Below, in pieces: positions 19,127 to 27,270 of a DNA stretch of 39,062 nt. A program made the position numbers and the translations under genes. The stretch is from Candidatus Omnitrophota bacterium. Its GTDB lineage: Bacteria > Omnitrophota > Gorgyraeia > JABMRJ01. The stretch spans positions 1-39,062 of the forward strand of contig JABMRJ010000056.1 in the NCBI GenBank assembly GCA_013202745.1. Direction: 5' to 3'. Position 1 is the first letter of the stretch; each line of letters opens with the position of its first letter. The notes beneath the pieces were generated by a model. It ran no database searches, had not been told where the DNA came from, and saw only the letters and a program-made list of their open reading frames with translations.

Positions 19127-20078
19127 GTGAAACGAGTACGGCGGCGCCTACAAGCCCGGCATCCCGGCCCAGACTCGCCCTTACGATCTTTACATGCCTG
19201 CGCTGTATATTCATGGCGCGCTTCTTTACAGTCTCTTTTATAGGATTTAGAATAAATCTGCCTGCCTGCGCAACCCCGCCGCCTATGATTACCTTATCAG
19301 GGCTTAAGAGGTTTATGACTCCGGATAACATAACACCTATACGGAATCCTATCTCCTTCCAGAAGACGACAGCAAACTTATCCCTTCTCTTTGCAGCCTT
19401 ATATAATAACTCAGGGGTAATCCGCGAAACATTTCCCCCTGCCAGTCTCTTTATTATAGTCTTTTCTCCGCGGCCTATTCTGCGCTTCACTTCTTTTATA
19501 ATATAGCTGTTTCCTACATATGATTCGATGCAGGCGATGCCGCCGCAATTACACCTGGGGCCGTCTACATTTATCGGTATATGTCCTATCTCGCCAGCCG
19601 AAGAGAGGTGTCCTCTGTGCAATCTTCCGTTTATGATAATGCCTCCGCCTACACCCGTACCAAGTGTAATACATACTAAGTTCTTCTTACCCTTTCCAGC
19701 GCCCTTATGCAGCTCTGCGAGTGTCATAACATTGACATCGTTATCGATATATAATGGGATCTTTATCCGCTTTGCGAATAATCTCTTTATATTGACTCCG
19801 TTAAATCCTTTTATATTAGTTAAAGAATATATGATCCCCTTTTTGATATCCATCTGGCCCGGTATGCCCATACCTATACCTATGACATCCCTTCGGGTCA
19901 ATCCGCGCTTCTTTAAGAGGTTATTAACGGAATTGCATACTGCGGAAACAAATCTCTGAGGAGTCTTAGACGTCCTGGTAGGAAAAGAGGCCCTATCGAG
20001 AATTGCGAATCTCTTATTTATAAGAGCCACTCTCGTATTGGTACCACCCAAATCTATTCCAATAAAATACTTTTTCAT
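19104..20078 (-). CDS. ROK family sugar kinase (glucokinase-like)
   Basis: GIDLGGTN, NDVN, TLGTGVGGG, GEIGH, CNCGGIACIE zinc motif and AGLVGAA; no N-terminal HTH. Confidence 0.9.
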   Translation of the reverse strand: MKKYFIGIDLGGTNTRVALINKRFAILDRASFPTRTSKTPQRFVSAVCNSVNNLLKKRGLTRRDVIGIGMGIPGQMDIKKGIIYSLTNIKGFNGVNIKRLFAKRIKIPLYIDNDVNVMTLAELHKGAGKGKKNLVCITLGTGVGGGIIINGRLHRGHLSSAGEIGHIPINVDGPRCNCGGIACIESYVGNSYIIKEVKRRIGRGEKTIIKRLAGGNVSRITPELLYKAAKRRDKFAVVFWKEIGFRIGVMLSGVINLLSPDKVIIGGGVAQAGRFILNPIKETVKKRAMNIQRRHVKIVRASLGRDAGLVGAAVLVSLERDGNI

Positions 20079-20104
20079 ATTTATAATATTATTATGTTAC
20101 ATGT

Positions 20105-20133
20105 ATTATATAAGAGCAAATAATGATTGTCAA
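20105..20133 (-). promoter_or_regulatory. Consensus sigma70 promoter for ROK-lptD
   Basis: Minus strand TTGACA (20133-20128), 17 bp, TATAAT (20110-20105): a perfect consensus. Confidence 0.85.
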
Positions 20134-20160
20134 TAGTTATAAGTGCGGGTATAGAGGCAT

Positions 20161-20362
20161 GCGGTGCTTTGCATGTTGGCTGAGCACATGGGGCTATTCG
20201 AGCGGGGCCTTTTTTTGGCGGAGCGGGCATGGTTTTTTGCTATAGATTACATACAGGCAAAAAGAGCGGAGCCAAAAAACGGAGCGAGATTTTCCACGCT
20301 GGGGAAAATCGAGCGCTCCCGCGAGAATAGCCCCATGGGCTCAGCACGGAGGCAAGTACCGC
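20161..20362 (+). ncRNA. Highly structured ~200-nt intergenic element (candidate ncRNA or non-autonomous palindromic mobile repeat)
   Basis: GCTGAGCACATGGGGCTATTC (20179-20199) pairs 20/21 with 20325-20345, the ends GCGGTGCTT/AAGTACCGC pair, and there are two internal hairpins. The structure is clear; its identity as an RNA is inferred. Confidence 0.5.
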
Positions 20363-20369
20363 GGGCCCC

Positions 20370-21602
20370 TTACCCAGCATACACGCATACCCTATTACGA
20401 CCGGCATTCTTTGCGGCATAGAGCGCTTGGTCCGAATTCTCTATCAACTCCTCTATCTCTCCTGCATTGGATGGGAAGGACGCTATACCTATGCTGATCG
20501 TCACCTCAGTAGATTCGTCATAGGCCTTGAATCTATACTTTTGTACTATCTCCCTTATCCTCTCTGCGACCAGATGCGCTTCATCCCTGCCGGTCTCCGG
20601 AAGAATAACACAGAATTCCTCGCCCCCGAATCTACCTACAAGGTCGACTTCTCTTGTATTCTGCTTCAGTATATATACAATATCTTTCAAGACGACATCG
20701 CCAACAAGGTGGCCGTATGTATCGTTGTATTTTTTGAAATGGTCTATATCTATCATGAGAAATGAGAGGTCGTAATTGTGACGCCTCGACCTTTCAAACT
20801 CCTCTCCAAGACGTTCCATCATGTGCCTCTTGGCAAATGCCTTTGTAAGACCGTCCGTTATGGCCATCTCCTCGACCTTTTCATAAAGGACTATCCTCCT
20901 CATCTCCAATGCAAACTGGGAAGCAAGGATTGAAAACTTTTCATAATCACTGGCCGGCAAGTCTTCTATAGCCAGGATGCCCATAAGCTGATCTCCTATT
21001 ACTATAGGGATTGCCATGAATGTCTGGCAATTTTCAGGGAGGAGTTCTGCATAAGGATTCTGCTCCCACTTGCTCTTTACAATCTGTATACGCCTTATCT
21101 CATCCCTTAGGATATTAGATATTTTATTGTCGTGTTCGCATAGCGGACGCGTAGCAATCTCCAGCTTTGGTATAATACCCTTTGCCTTTAACGTACTATC
21201 CTGCAGCCCTGTGGTTTCAATGACCATATTTATCGAAGAGGTCTCATCCTCTCCTTTTATAAGGATAAGCCGCGCCTTCTTAAAGAGAAATGTCATATAA
21301 AGATATTCGGATAACATCTTGAATATATCAAAAAATTTCAAGCCTTTTGACATCTCCTTGACAATTTCATAAAGGCTCGCCTGCTCTGCCAGTTTTTCAT
21401 TAAACTTAAGGTGTGCATCATAGATAGATGCCTCCTCCGATACAAATTCATTAAAACGCCTCTCATCAGAGAGGTAGGCACCGGTAAGGCCGTTTCTGTA
21501 CTCTTTAAAGGATCCCTTGATCTTGGAGAATACAAGAGGAACCAGGATAGATGCCAAAAGCATCAGCGCTATTATATGGAGATAGTTCATCAGCTCATGC
21601 AT
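20370..21602 (-). CDS. Membrane-anchored GAF + GGDEF diguanylate cyclase (I-site present)
   Basis: One N-terminal TM, GAF-like middle, DGLT, DIDHFKKYNDTYGHLVGD and REVDLVGRFGGEEF. Confidence 0.9.
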   Translation of the reverse strand: MHELMNYLHIIALMLLASILVPLVFSKIKGSFKEYRNGLTGAYLSDERRFNEFVSEEASIYDAHLKFNEKLAEQASLYEIVKEMSKGLKFFDIFKMLSEYLYMTFLFKKARLILIKGEDETSSINMVIETTGLQDSTLKAKGIIPKLEIATRPLCEHDNKISNILRDEIRRIQIVKSKWEQNPYAELLPENCQTFMAIPIVIGDQLMGILAIEDLPASDYEKFSILASQFALEMRRIVLYEKVEEMAITDGLTKAFAKRHMMERLGEEFERSRRHNYDLSFLMIDIDHFKKYNDTYGHLVGDVVLKDIVYILKQNTREVDLVGRFGGEEFCVILPETGRDEAHLVAERIREIVQKYRFKAYDESTEVTISIGIASFPSNAGEIEELIENSDQALYAAKNAGRNRVCVYAG

Positions 21603-23017
21603 ACCTTATTTCTTCCCTCTTTCTTTGCGCGGTAGAGATTAGAGTCAGCGATCTTGAGTAGATCTTCCTTGCCCATGGCATTATCGGATAAGGTTGAGAC
21701 GCCTATAGAAACTGTAACGTTGGTCTTTATCCTCCTGATGTAGAAAGGCTCTTCCTCAACCTTCCGCCTTATTTTCTGTGCCATCTTTCCTGCAGCCTTA
21801 TTATCTTCACTAAAGAGTATAACAGCAAATTCTTCGCCGCCGTAACGTGCCACTATATCACCTTTACCTACTATTGAGACAAAGAGCCCTGCCAGATGTT
21901 TCAATAATATATCCCCGGCTATATGTCCGTATTTATCATTGTAGCCCTTAAAATGGTCTATATCTATCATAAGGATCGACAAAGGATGTCTCTGCTTCTG
22001 GGCCCTCTTGATCTCTGATTCAAGGCGCTCGGTAAAATACCTATGGACAAAGAGCTGTGTCAGGCCATCTTTAATGGCGAGTTCTGTAGTCCTTTGATAT
22101 AGGATATTATTGTGCAGGGCTACGGCTCCCAGATCGCCTATAATATCCAGGAGTCTGAGGTCATCCGGATTATAGGCATCTATCTTCTCGCTATCGAGCC
22201 TGAGGAGCCCTATGACCTTGTTATGGCTCACCATTGGGACCGCTATCAGAGATTTAAAGCTTATATCTTCCAGCGATATGTCGTCATGAGAAAACCTGAA
22301 GTCCTTAGCCGCATCCAATATGATCAGCGGCTGGTTCTGCCGGAGTACCCATTTATCGAAGATGTCGCCTTTCTTAGATTTGATCTTTGCAAAATGAGGG
22401 GGCTGCTTTGCATGCTTCAATATAAGTTCCTGGCGTTCTTCGTCCACAAGATAGATGAGGGCCCTCGTAGACTTTCCCACTATATCAAGAGACTTCTCTG
22501 CGAGAAAACCTATTACCTTTTCAATAGAAAATATGTCGCTTAAGTTTTCTGCTACACTCTTAAGTTCTCCGTATCTATGCAGCTTCAACTCTAAGGCCTC
22601 TATCTGCGCGCGGTCCATCTCTATCTTTTTAGAGAGGGTATTCATCTCCTCGCCCACCTTCTCTCTCTTTAATAAATATTCTGTTTGGAACTTCATAAAT
22701 ATGTTAAGGTATTTAAAAGAGTACGCTGTCGTAATAGAAAAAGGCAGGAGGTGCAGATAATAGAGCTGATTGCCGGTTATCAGGGATATGGCGAAAATGA
22801 GTATTGCGCAAAATATCAGGACTACAATACCGCCTATCCAGCCGAAGGCGAACCAACCTGAGGCGATAACAGCATTGAATACGAGCAAATAGGAGGTTAA
22901 CTGGACAGAAAATGGAGTATCTTTATTTAAGTCTAACTGAAGTAGAAAGTAGGTAAGAAACGTTATGAGGATCAAACAAACAGCGCCTAAGAATACCCTG
23001 TCTCTGATAAGATTCAT
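21590..23017 (-). CDS. Multi-TM GAF + GGDEF diguanylate cyclase (no RxxD I-site)
   Basis: 3-4 N-terminal TM helices, coiled coil, GAF (SLIAVPM..VIGLL), DIDHFKGYNDKYGHIAGD and GKGDIVARYGGEEF. Confidence 0.9.
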   Translation of the reverse strand: MNLIRDRVFLGAVCLILITFLTYFLLQLDLNKDTPFSVQLTSYLLVFNAVIASGWFAFGWIGGIVVLIFCAILIFAISLITGNQLYYLHLLPFSITTAYSFKYLNIFMKFQTEYLLKREKVGEEMNTLSKKIEMDRAQIEALELKLHRYGELKSVAENLSDIFSIEKVIGFLAEKSLDIVGKSTRALIYLVDEERQELILKHAKQPPHFAKIKSKKGDIFDKWVLRQNQPLIILDAAKDFRFSHDDISLEDISFKSLIAVPMVSHNKVIGLLRLDSEKIDAYNPDDLRLLDIIGDLGAVALHNNILYQRTTELAIKDGLTQLFVHRYFTERLESEIKRAQKQRHPLSILMIDIDHFKGYNDKYGHIAGDILLKHLAGLFVSIVGKGDIVARYGGEEFAVILFSEDNKAAGKMAQKIRRKVEEEPFYIRRIKTNVTVSIGVSTLSDNAMGKEDLLKIADSNLYRAKKEGRNKVCMS

Positions 23018-23036
23018 ACTACTTCATAAAGTAGCT

Positions 23037-24140
23037 TTAAACTATAGTCTTTTCTGCATCCTTATCAAAGAAATGGACTTTTGACATATCAAAGACAAGG
23101 TCCATGTCCTGATTTATTACAGGGCGTGCATGCCCTCCGACCTTAGCTATAAAAGAATTCAGGCCTGTAGTGAGATAGAGATAGACCTCTGATCCCATAG
23201 GCTCGATTACCTCCACGGACGCTGTGATGGTATTCTCCGGAGGGGCTTCTGTCACAAAGAGCTTATCATAGATATCTTCTGATCTTATACCGAATGTAAT
23301 CTGTTTTCCGACATATTTCTCAAGAGAGGGAGACATCTCATCGGTAACCTTGACCTGAACTTTCCCCTCGTCGAAATACATCTTACCATCCTTCTTTATT
23401 ATCCTTCCTTCCATGAAATTCATGGGAGGCGTACCTATAAAACCGGCTACAAATTTATTTACCGGTTTATCATAAACAGTTATAGGTTCAGCCACCTGTT
23501 TTATATAACCGTCCTTCATTACCGCTATCCGGTTGCCGAGAGTCATCGCCTCTGTCTGGTCATGGGTAACATATATCATCGTCGTCTGCAGCCTTATGTG
23601 GAGTTTATTAAGCTCTGTCCTCATCTGTATCCTGAGTTTCGCATCGAGATTGCTTAAGGGTTCGTCAAATAGAAAAACATGCGGTTTTCTCACTATGGAC
23701 CTTCCCAATGCTACACGCTGCCTCTGGCCACCGGAGAGTTCTTTAGGTTTGCGCTGGAGAAGATCCTCGATATCCAAGATGCCGGCTGCCTCATTGACAC
23801 GTTCCTTTATCTCGCGCTTCGGGTATTTGCGCAGCTTCAGACTGAATGCCATATTGGCAAAGACAGACATGTGCGGATAGAGGGCATAATTTTGGAAGAC
23901 CATCGCGATGTTCCTATCCTTTGGAGGGACATCATTTACCAGCCTATCGCCTATGAATACCTCACCGCCTGTGATACTCTCAAGGCCGGCTATCATACGC
24001 AGGGTAGTCGACTTGCCGCAGCCAGACGGCCCTACGAGAACAAGAAACTCCTTATCCTCTATCTCAAGATCCACGTCTTTAACGGCACAGACCTTACCCG
24101 GATATATCTTATTTAGGTTTTTTAGTAATACTTTTGCCAT
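23037..24140 (-). CDS. MalK/UgpC/MsmX-type carbohydrate ABC transporter ATPase
   Basis: GPSGCGKST, FQNYALYPHM, LSGGQRQR, FDEPLSNLDAKLR and YVTHDQ, plus a C-terminal TOBE/regulatory domain. Confidence 0.93.
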   Translation of the reverse strand: MAKVLLKNLNKIYPGKVCAVKDVDLEIEDKEFLVLVGPSGCGKSTTLRMIAGLESITGGEVFIGDRLVNDVPPKDRNIAMVFQNYALYPHMSVFANMAFSLKLRKYPKREIKERVNEAAGILDIEDLLQRKPKELSGGQRQRVALGRSIVRKPHVFLFDEPLSNLDAKLRIQMRTELNKLHIRLQTTMIYVTHDQTEAMTLGNRIAVMKDGYIKQVAEPITVYDKPVNKFVAGFIGTPPMNFMEGRIIKKDGKMYFDEGKVQVKVTDEMSPSLEKYVGKQITFGIRSEDIYDKLFVTEAPPENTITASVEVIEPMGSEVYLYLTTGLNSFIAKVGGHARPVINQDMDLVFDMSKVHFFDKDAEKTIV

Positions 24141-24165
24141 TATTACTCCTAATGCATTAAGAGAT

Positions 24166-24193
24166 AGTATAACATATATATTATATTAATCAA
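24166..24193 (-). promoter_or_regulatory. Probable sigma70 promoter for the ATPase-GGDEF-GGDEF unit
   Basis: Minus strand TTGATT-16 bp-TATACT with an extended -10 TG in an AT-rich gap; AGGAG RBS follows. Confidence 0.5.
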
Positions 24194-25035
24194 TTAAAAT
24201 AGTCCAATATTTTTGTGAGGGAGCCCTTCAGCTCTTTCCTCTCGACTATCATATCTATAAGACCGTGTTCTAAGAGAAACTCCGATCTCTGGAATCCCTC
24301 GGGCAGTTTCTGTCGTATCGTCTGCTCTATTACGCGCGGGCCTGTAAAACCTATGAGCGCCTTGGGCTCAGCTATTATGACATCGCCTAATGAGGCAAAA
24401 CTCGCCATGATACCCGCCATCGTGGGATTCGTAAGAAAGGATATATACAAAAGACCCGCCTTGTTGTGCCTTGCCAGTGCCGCAGCTGTCTTCGCCATCT
24501 GCATCAGTGACAGCATGCCCTCATACATCCTTGCGCCTCCGCCGGAACCGGAGACTATGATCAGCGGCAGCTTCTCTTCTGTAGCCATTTCAGTAGCCTG
24601 CGTTATCTTCTCACCCACTACCGATCCCATAGACCCCATTATGAACCTAGAGTCGGTAACAGCAAATACCAGCTCGTGCCCCCCTATCGCACCTTTTCCT
24701 ACGATAGCGGCCGACTTCATATTCGTTATGCTCTTGTCATGCTTTAATTTATCTTTATATGTCTTGGGTCCTGAAAACTCCAGGGGATCCGCTGACTCCA
24801 TGTCTCTGCAGAATTCCGCGAAGCTTCCGGTATCGAGGAGTGTCTTTATCCTTTGGTGGGCGCTGAGCGTAAAGTGGTAGTTACAGCTGGGGCAGCACTT
24901 AAGGTTCTCTTCGAGTTTTTTGTTATAGATGATATTGCCGCATTCGACGCACTTTGTCCAGAGTCCGTCCGGCATCATCTTCTTCTTGGCAAGCTTAAAC
25001 ACCCTGTACTTAGGGTTATTGCCAAACAGGGGCAT
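24190..25035 (-). CDS. accD: Acetyl-CoA carboxylase carboxyltransferase beta subunit
   Basis: LWTKC..C..C..C zinc finger, FIMGSMGSVVGEK, GGARMYEG, MQMAKT, GFTGPRVIEQT and GFQRSEFLLEHG. Confidence 0.95.
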   Translation of the reverse strand: MPLFGNNPKYRVFKLAKKKMMPDGLWTKCVECGNIIYNKKLEENLKCCPSCNYHFTLSAHQRIKTLLDTGSFAEFCRDMESADPLEFSGPKTYKDKLKHDKSITNMKSAAIVGKGAIGGHELVFAVTDSRFIMGSMGSVVGEKITQATEMATEEKLPLIIVSGSGGGARMYEGMLSLMQMAKTAAALARHNKAGLLYISFLTNPTMAGIMASFASLGDVIIAEPKALIGFTGPRVIEQTIRQKLPEGFQRSEFLLEHGLIDMIVERKELKGSLTKILDYFN

Positions 25036-25671
25036 CTATTTTACCTCTATTTTTAAGAACTCTTTTGCGAGATCCACGGCCTCAGCCGCGTCTTTGCCGT
25101 ATCCGTCGGCACCGATCTGGTCGGCGAACCCTTTTGTTATAGGCGCCCCGCCCACCATCACCTTTATCTTATCGCGCATATCATTTGCCTTAAGCCCTTC
25201 TATCGTCTCCTTCATGGCAGGCATGGAGGTGGTCAGGAGTGATGATAGAGCAAGGACCTGTGCGCCGCTTGACTTTATAGATTCTATGAATTTTTCAGCA
25301 GATACGTCTATGCCGCAGTCTTCCACTTCGAATCCGGCGCCCTTTAACATCATGCAGACAAGATTTTTGCCTATATCGTGCAAGTCGCCTTTTACTGTAC
25401 CGACCAGTACCCTCCCTGCCGGCTTTATGCCGCTTTCTGCGAGATACGGCTCGAGCAGTTTAGTTGCGGCCTGCATGGCATCGGCAGAGATGAGGACCTC
25501 CGGTATGAATATCTCATTCTTCTTAAAGCGTTCCCCAATGACAGCCATCGTTGCAATTAGGCCGTCGTTGAGTATCTCACCTGCCTTGGTCCCGGAGTCT
25601 AGGAGCCTCTTAACCTCTCCTATCAGCCCTTCGGCATCTCCGTTTGAAAGTAATCTCTTTAATTCATCCAT
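25036..25671 (-). CDS. Stand-alone corrinoid (cobalamin-binding) protein, MtbC/MetH B12-domain type
   Basis: Cap domain (EIFIPEV) plus GTVKGDLHDIGKNLV (DxHxxG), SSLLTT and MVGGAP. Confidence 0.9.
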   Translation of the reverse strand: MDELKRLLSNGDAEGLIGEVKRLLDSGTKAGEILNDGLIATMAVIGERFKKNEIFIPEVLISADAMQAATKLLEPYLAESGIKPAGRVLVGTVKGDLHDIGKNLVCMMLKGAGFEVEDCGIDVSAEKFIESIKSSGAQVLALSSLLTTSMPAMKETIEGLKANDMRDKIKVMVGGAPITKGFADQIGADGYGKDAAEAVDLAKEFLKIEVK

Positions 25672-25677
25672 TATTGC

Positions 25678-26985
25678 CTAACTATCCTTCATCTTATAGA
25701 ATACTAGTCCGCTTAGAGGTTTCGGGTAGAAATATGTGGTCTTCCGCGGCATCTTGTCGCAGGAACGGGCTACATCTTTTATCTGCCCGATCCTGGGTGG
25801 ATTTAGAAAAAAGGCAATCTGATAATTTTCATTATCTACCAGGTTTACCGCATAATCTGAGTCCCTAGTATACACTACATTATCCTTCTTTTCTACCCTT
25901 TCTTTCACTTTTAAGAGATGGTCAAATATGAACTGGTGCAGTATGGTCACATCGAGCCACTTCCATTCATATTGCTTGTCCTGTTTTATCACATCATTAA
26001 GCACTTCGTTAGATCTTAAGGCCAGGGAGAGGTACCCTTCATTTTTATAATACATGCCAAAGACAAATTCGCCTTCCCTTGCCTTCTCGATCCTGCGGAA
26101 TATCTCCTCCTTAGTCTTAAAACGCTCTATAGAAAAATATTTTTTGAGCTTTGAATATATATTTTTGAATTTAAGCACCTTCACGGACCTTATGACCCTG
26201 TGTGTTGAAAGGACGGTCAGCGCCTCATTGCTCAATGCCGAAAGGTAGACCATTATATAATCATAACCCCGCTCTTTATTCCCGGCACCCTTAGCCTTCT
26301 TTTGGCAGTAATCCCGGAAATTGAGTGATACCTCATAACGATGATGCCCGTCTGCAATGAATATCTGTTTGCCTTTGATAAGATTGCAGATCCGCTTTAT
26401 GCTTTCTGTCTCACGCAGCCGCCAGAGGCGGTGATTTACGCCGGCTTCTTCAAAATCTACTATGGGTTGGCCGGCCGCCGCACTCTCCAATATACCTGTG
26501 ATGGCAGAACCTTTATCTTCGAAGAGCGCAAATATGGGGCTTGGATTGGCTTCTATCGCCTTCACGAGGCTCAACCTGTCTCTCTTTGGTTTGGCAAATG
26601 TATATTCGTGGGGTAGGACGCGGCTCTTGTGCGGGTCTTCTATCTTCATGATGCCCATGAACCCGAAACGGCTCTTTAAACTATTCTTAAAGAGATACTT
26701 CTGCTCATAAACATATAGCGACGGCTCTTTATCCTGCATGAGTATATCACGCTTTAACCACTCATCCAGATATTGCTTTGCCCTCGTATACCTGTTATCG
26801 GATTTTGTGTCGCCTTTTTTTATCTTTCCGAGAGTAAGACGGATGATGTTGTTTTTATGGAGCCTGTAGTACTCTCCCTGCATCTTATCTGATATAACAT
26901 CGTAAGGAGGCGCAACAACCTTTGAGATATCTCCTACTATCCCGGGATTATACCGTATACCCTTAAAAGGCTTTATGCGGGCCAT
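25678..26985 (-). CDS. DUF1015 family protein
   Basis: IKPFKGIRY, APPYDVI, PHEYT, IADGHHRYE and MPRKTTYFYPKPLSGL motifs. Confidence 0.85.
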   Translation of the reverse strand: MARIKPFKGIRYNPGIVGDISKVVAPPYDVISDKMQGEYYRLHKNNIIRLTLGKIKKGDTKSDNRYTRAKQYLDEWLKRDILMQDKEPSLYVYEQKYLFKNSLKSRFGFMGIMKIEDPHKSRVLPHEYTFAKPKRDRLSLVKAIEANPSPIFALFEDKGSAITGILESAAAGQPIVDFEEAGVNHRLWRLRETESIKRICNLIKGKQIFIADGHHRYEVSLNFRDYCQKKAKGAGNKERGYDYIMVYLSALSNEALTVLSTHRVIRSVKVLKFKNIYSKLKKYFSIERFKTKEEIFRRIEKAREGEFVFGMYYKNEGYLSLALRSNEVLNDVIKQDKQYEWKWLDVTILHQFIFDHLLKVKERVEKKDNVVYTRDSDYAVNLVDNENYQIAFFLNPPRIGQIKDVARSCDKMPRKTTYFYPKPLSGLVFYKMKDS

Positions 26986-26986
26986 A

Positions 26987-27247
26987 TTATTCCTTGTTTG
27001 CCTTGCACTCTTTACAGCTCTTTGCTGCAGGACACGAGGCGGGTGCCTCTTTTGGGGGTGGGGATCCTTTTCTGTAATCTGTTGCGTAGAATCCCGAGCC
27101 CTTAAATATTATGCCTGCCCCTGCCCCTATAAGTCTCTTCGGTTTTCCGCTGCATTTCGGGCATTTCTCTACCGCATCTGCCGTCATGCTCTGGAATAGC
27201 TCGAATTTGTGTCCGCAGCCTGTGCATTCATATTCATAAGTCGGCAT
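26987..27247 (-). CDS. FmdB family zinc-ribbon putative regulatory protein
   Basis: MPTYEYECTGCGHKFE..CPKC..IFKGSGFYATDY. Confidence 0.9.
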   Translation of the reverse strand: MPTYEYECTGCGHKFELFQSMTADAVEKCPKCSGKPKRLIGAGAGIIFKGSGFYATDYRKGSPPPKEAPASCPAAKSCKECKANKE

Positions 27248-27270
27248 CTTCTATTCCTGTCCTCTCTTTA

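Noticed and set aside
20161-20362. Assignment of the structured element as 6S RNA, SRP RNA, tRNA or a simple terminator
   Set aside because: It has no open central bubble, no SRP helix-8 motif and no cloverleaf, and it is too large and branched for a terminator. Left unassigned pending an Rfam search.
20164-20421. 85-aa + strand ORF over the structured element
   Set aside because: Non-ATG start, no recognisable domain, and overlap with the GGDEF 3' end; the sequence is better explained by base-pairing symmetry.
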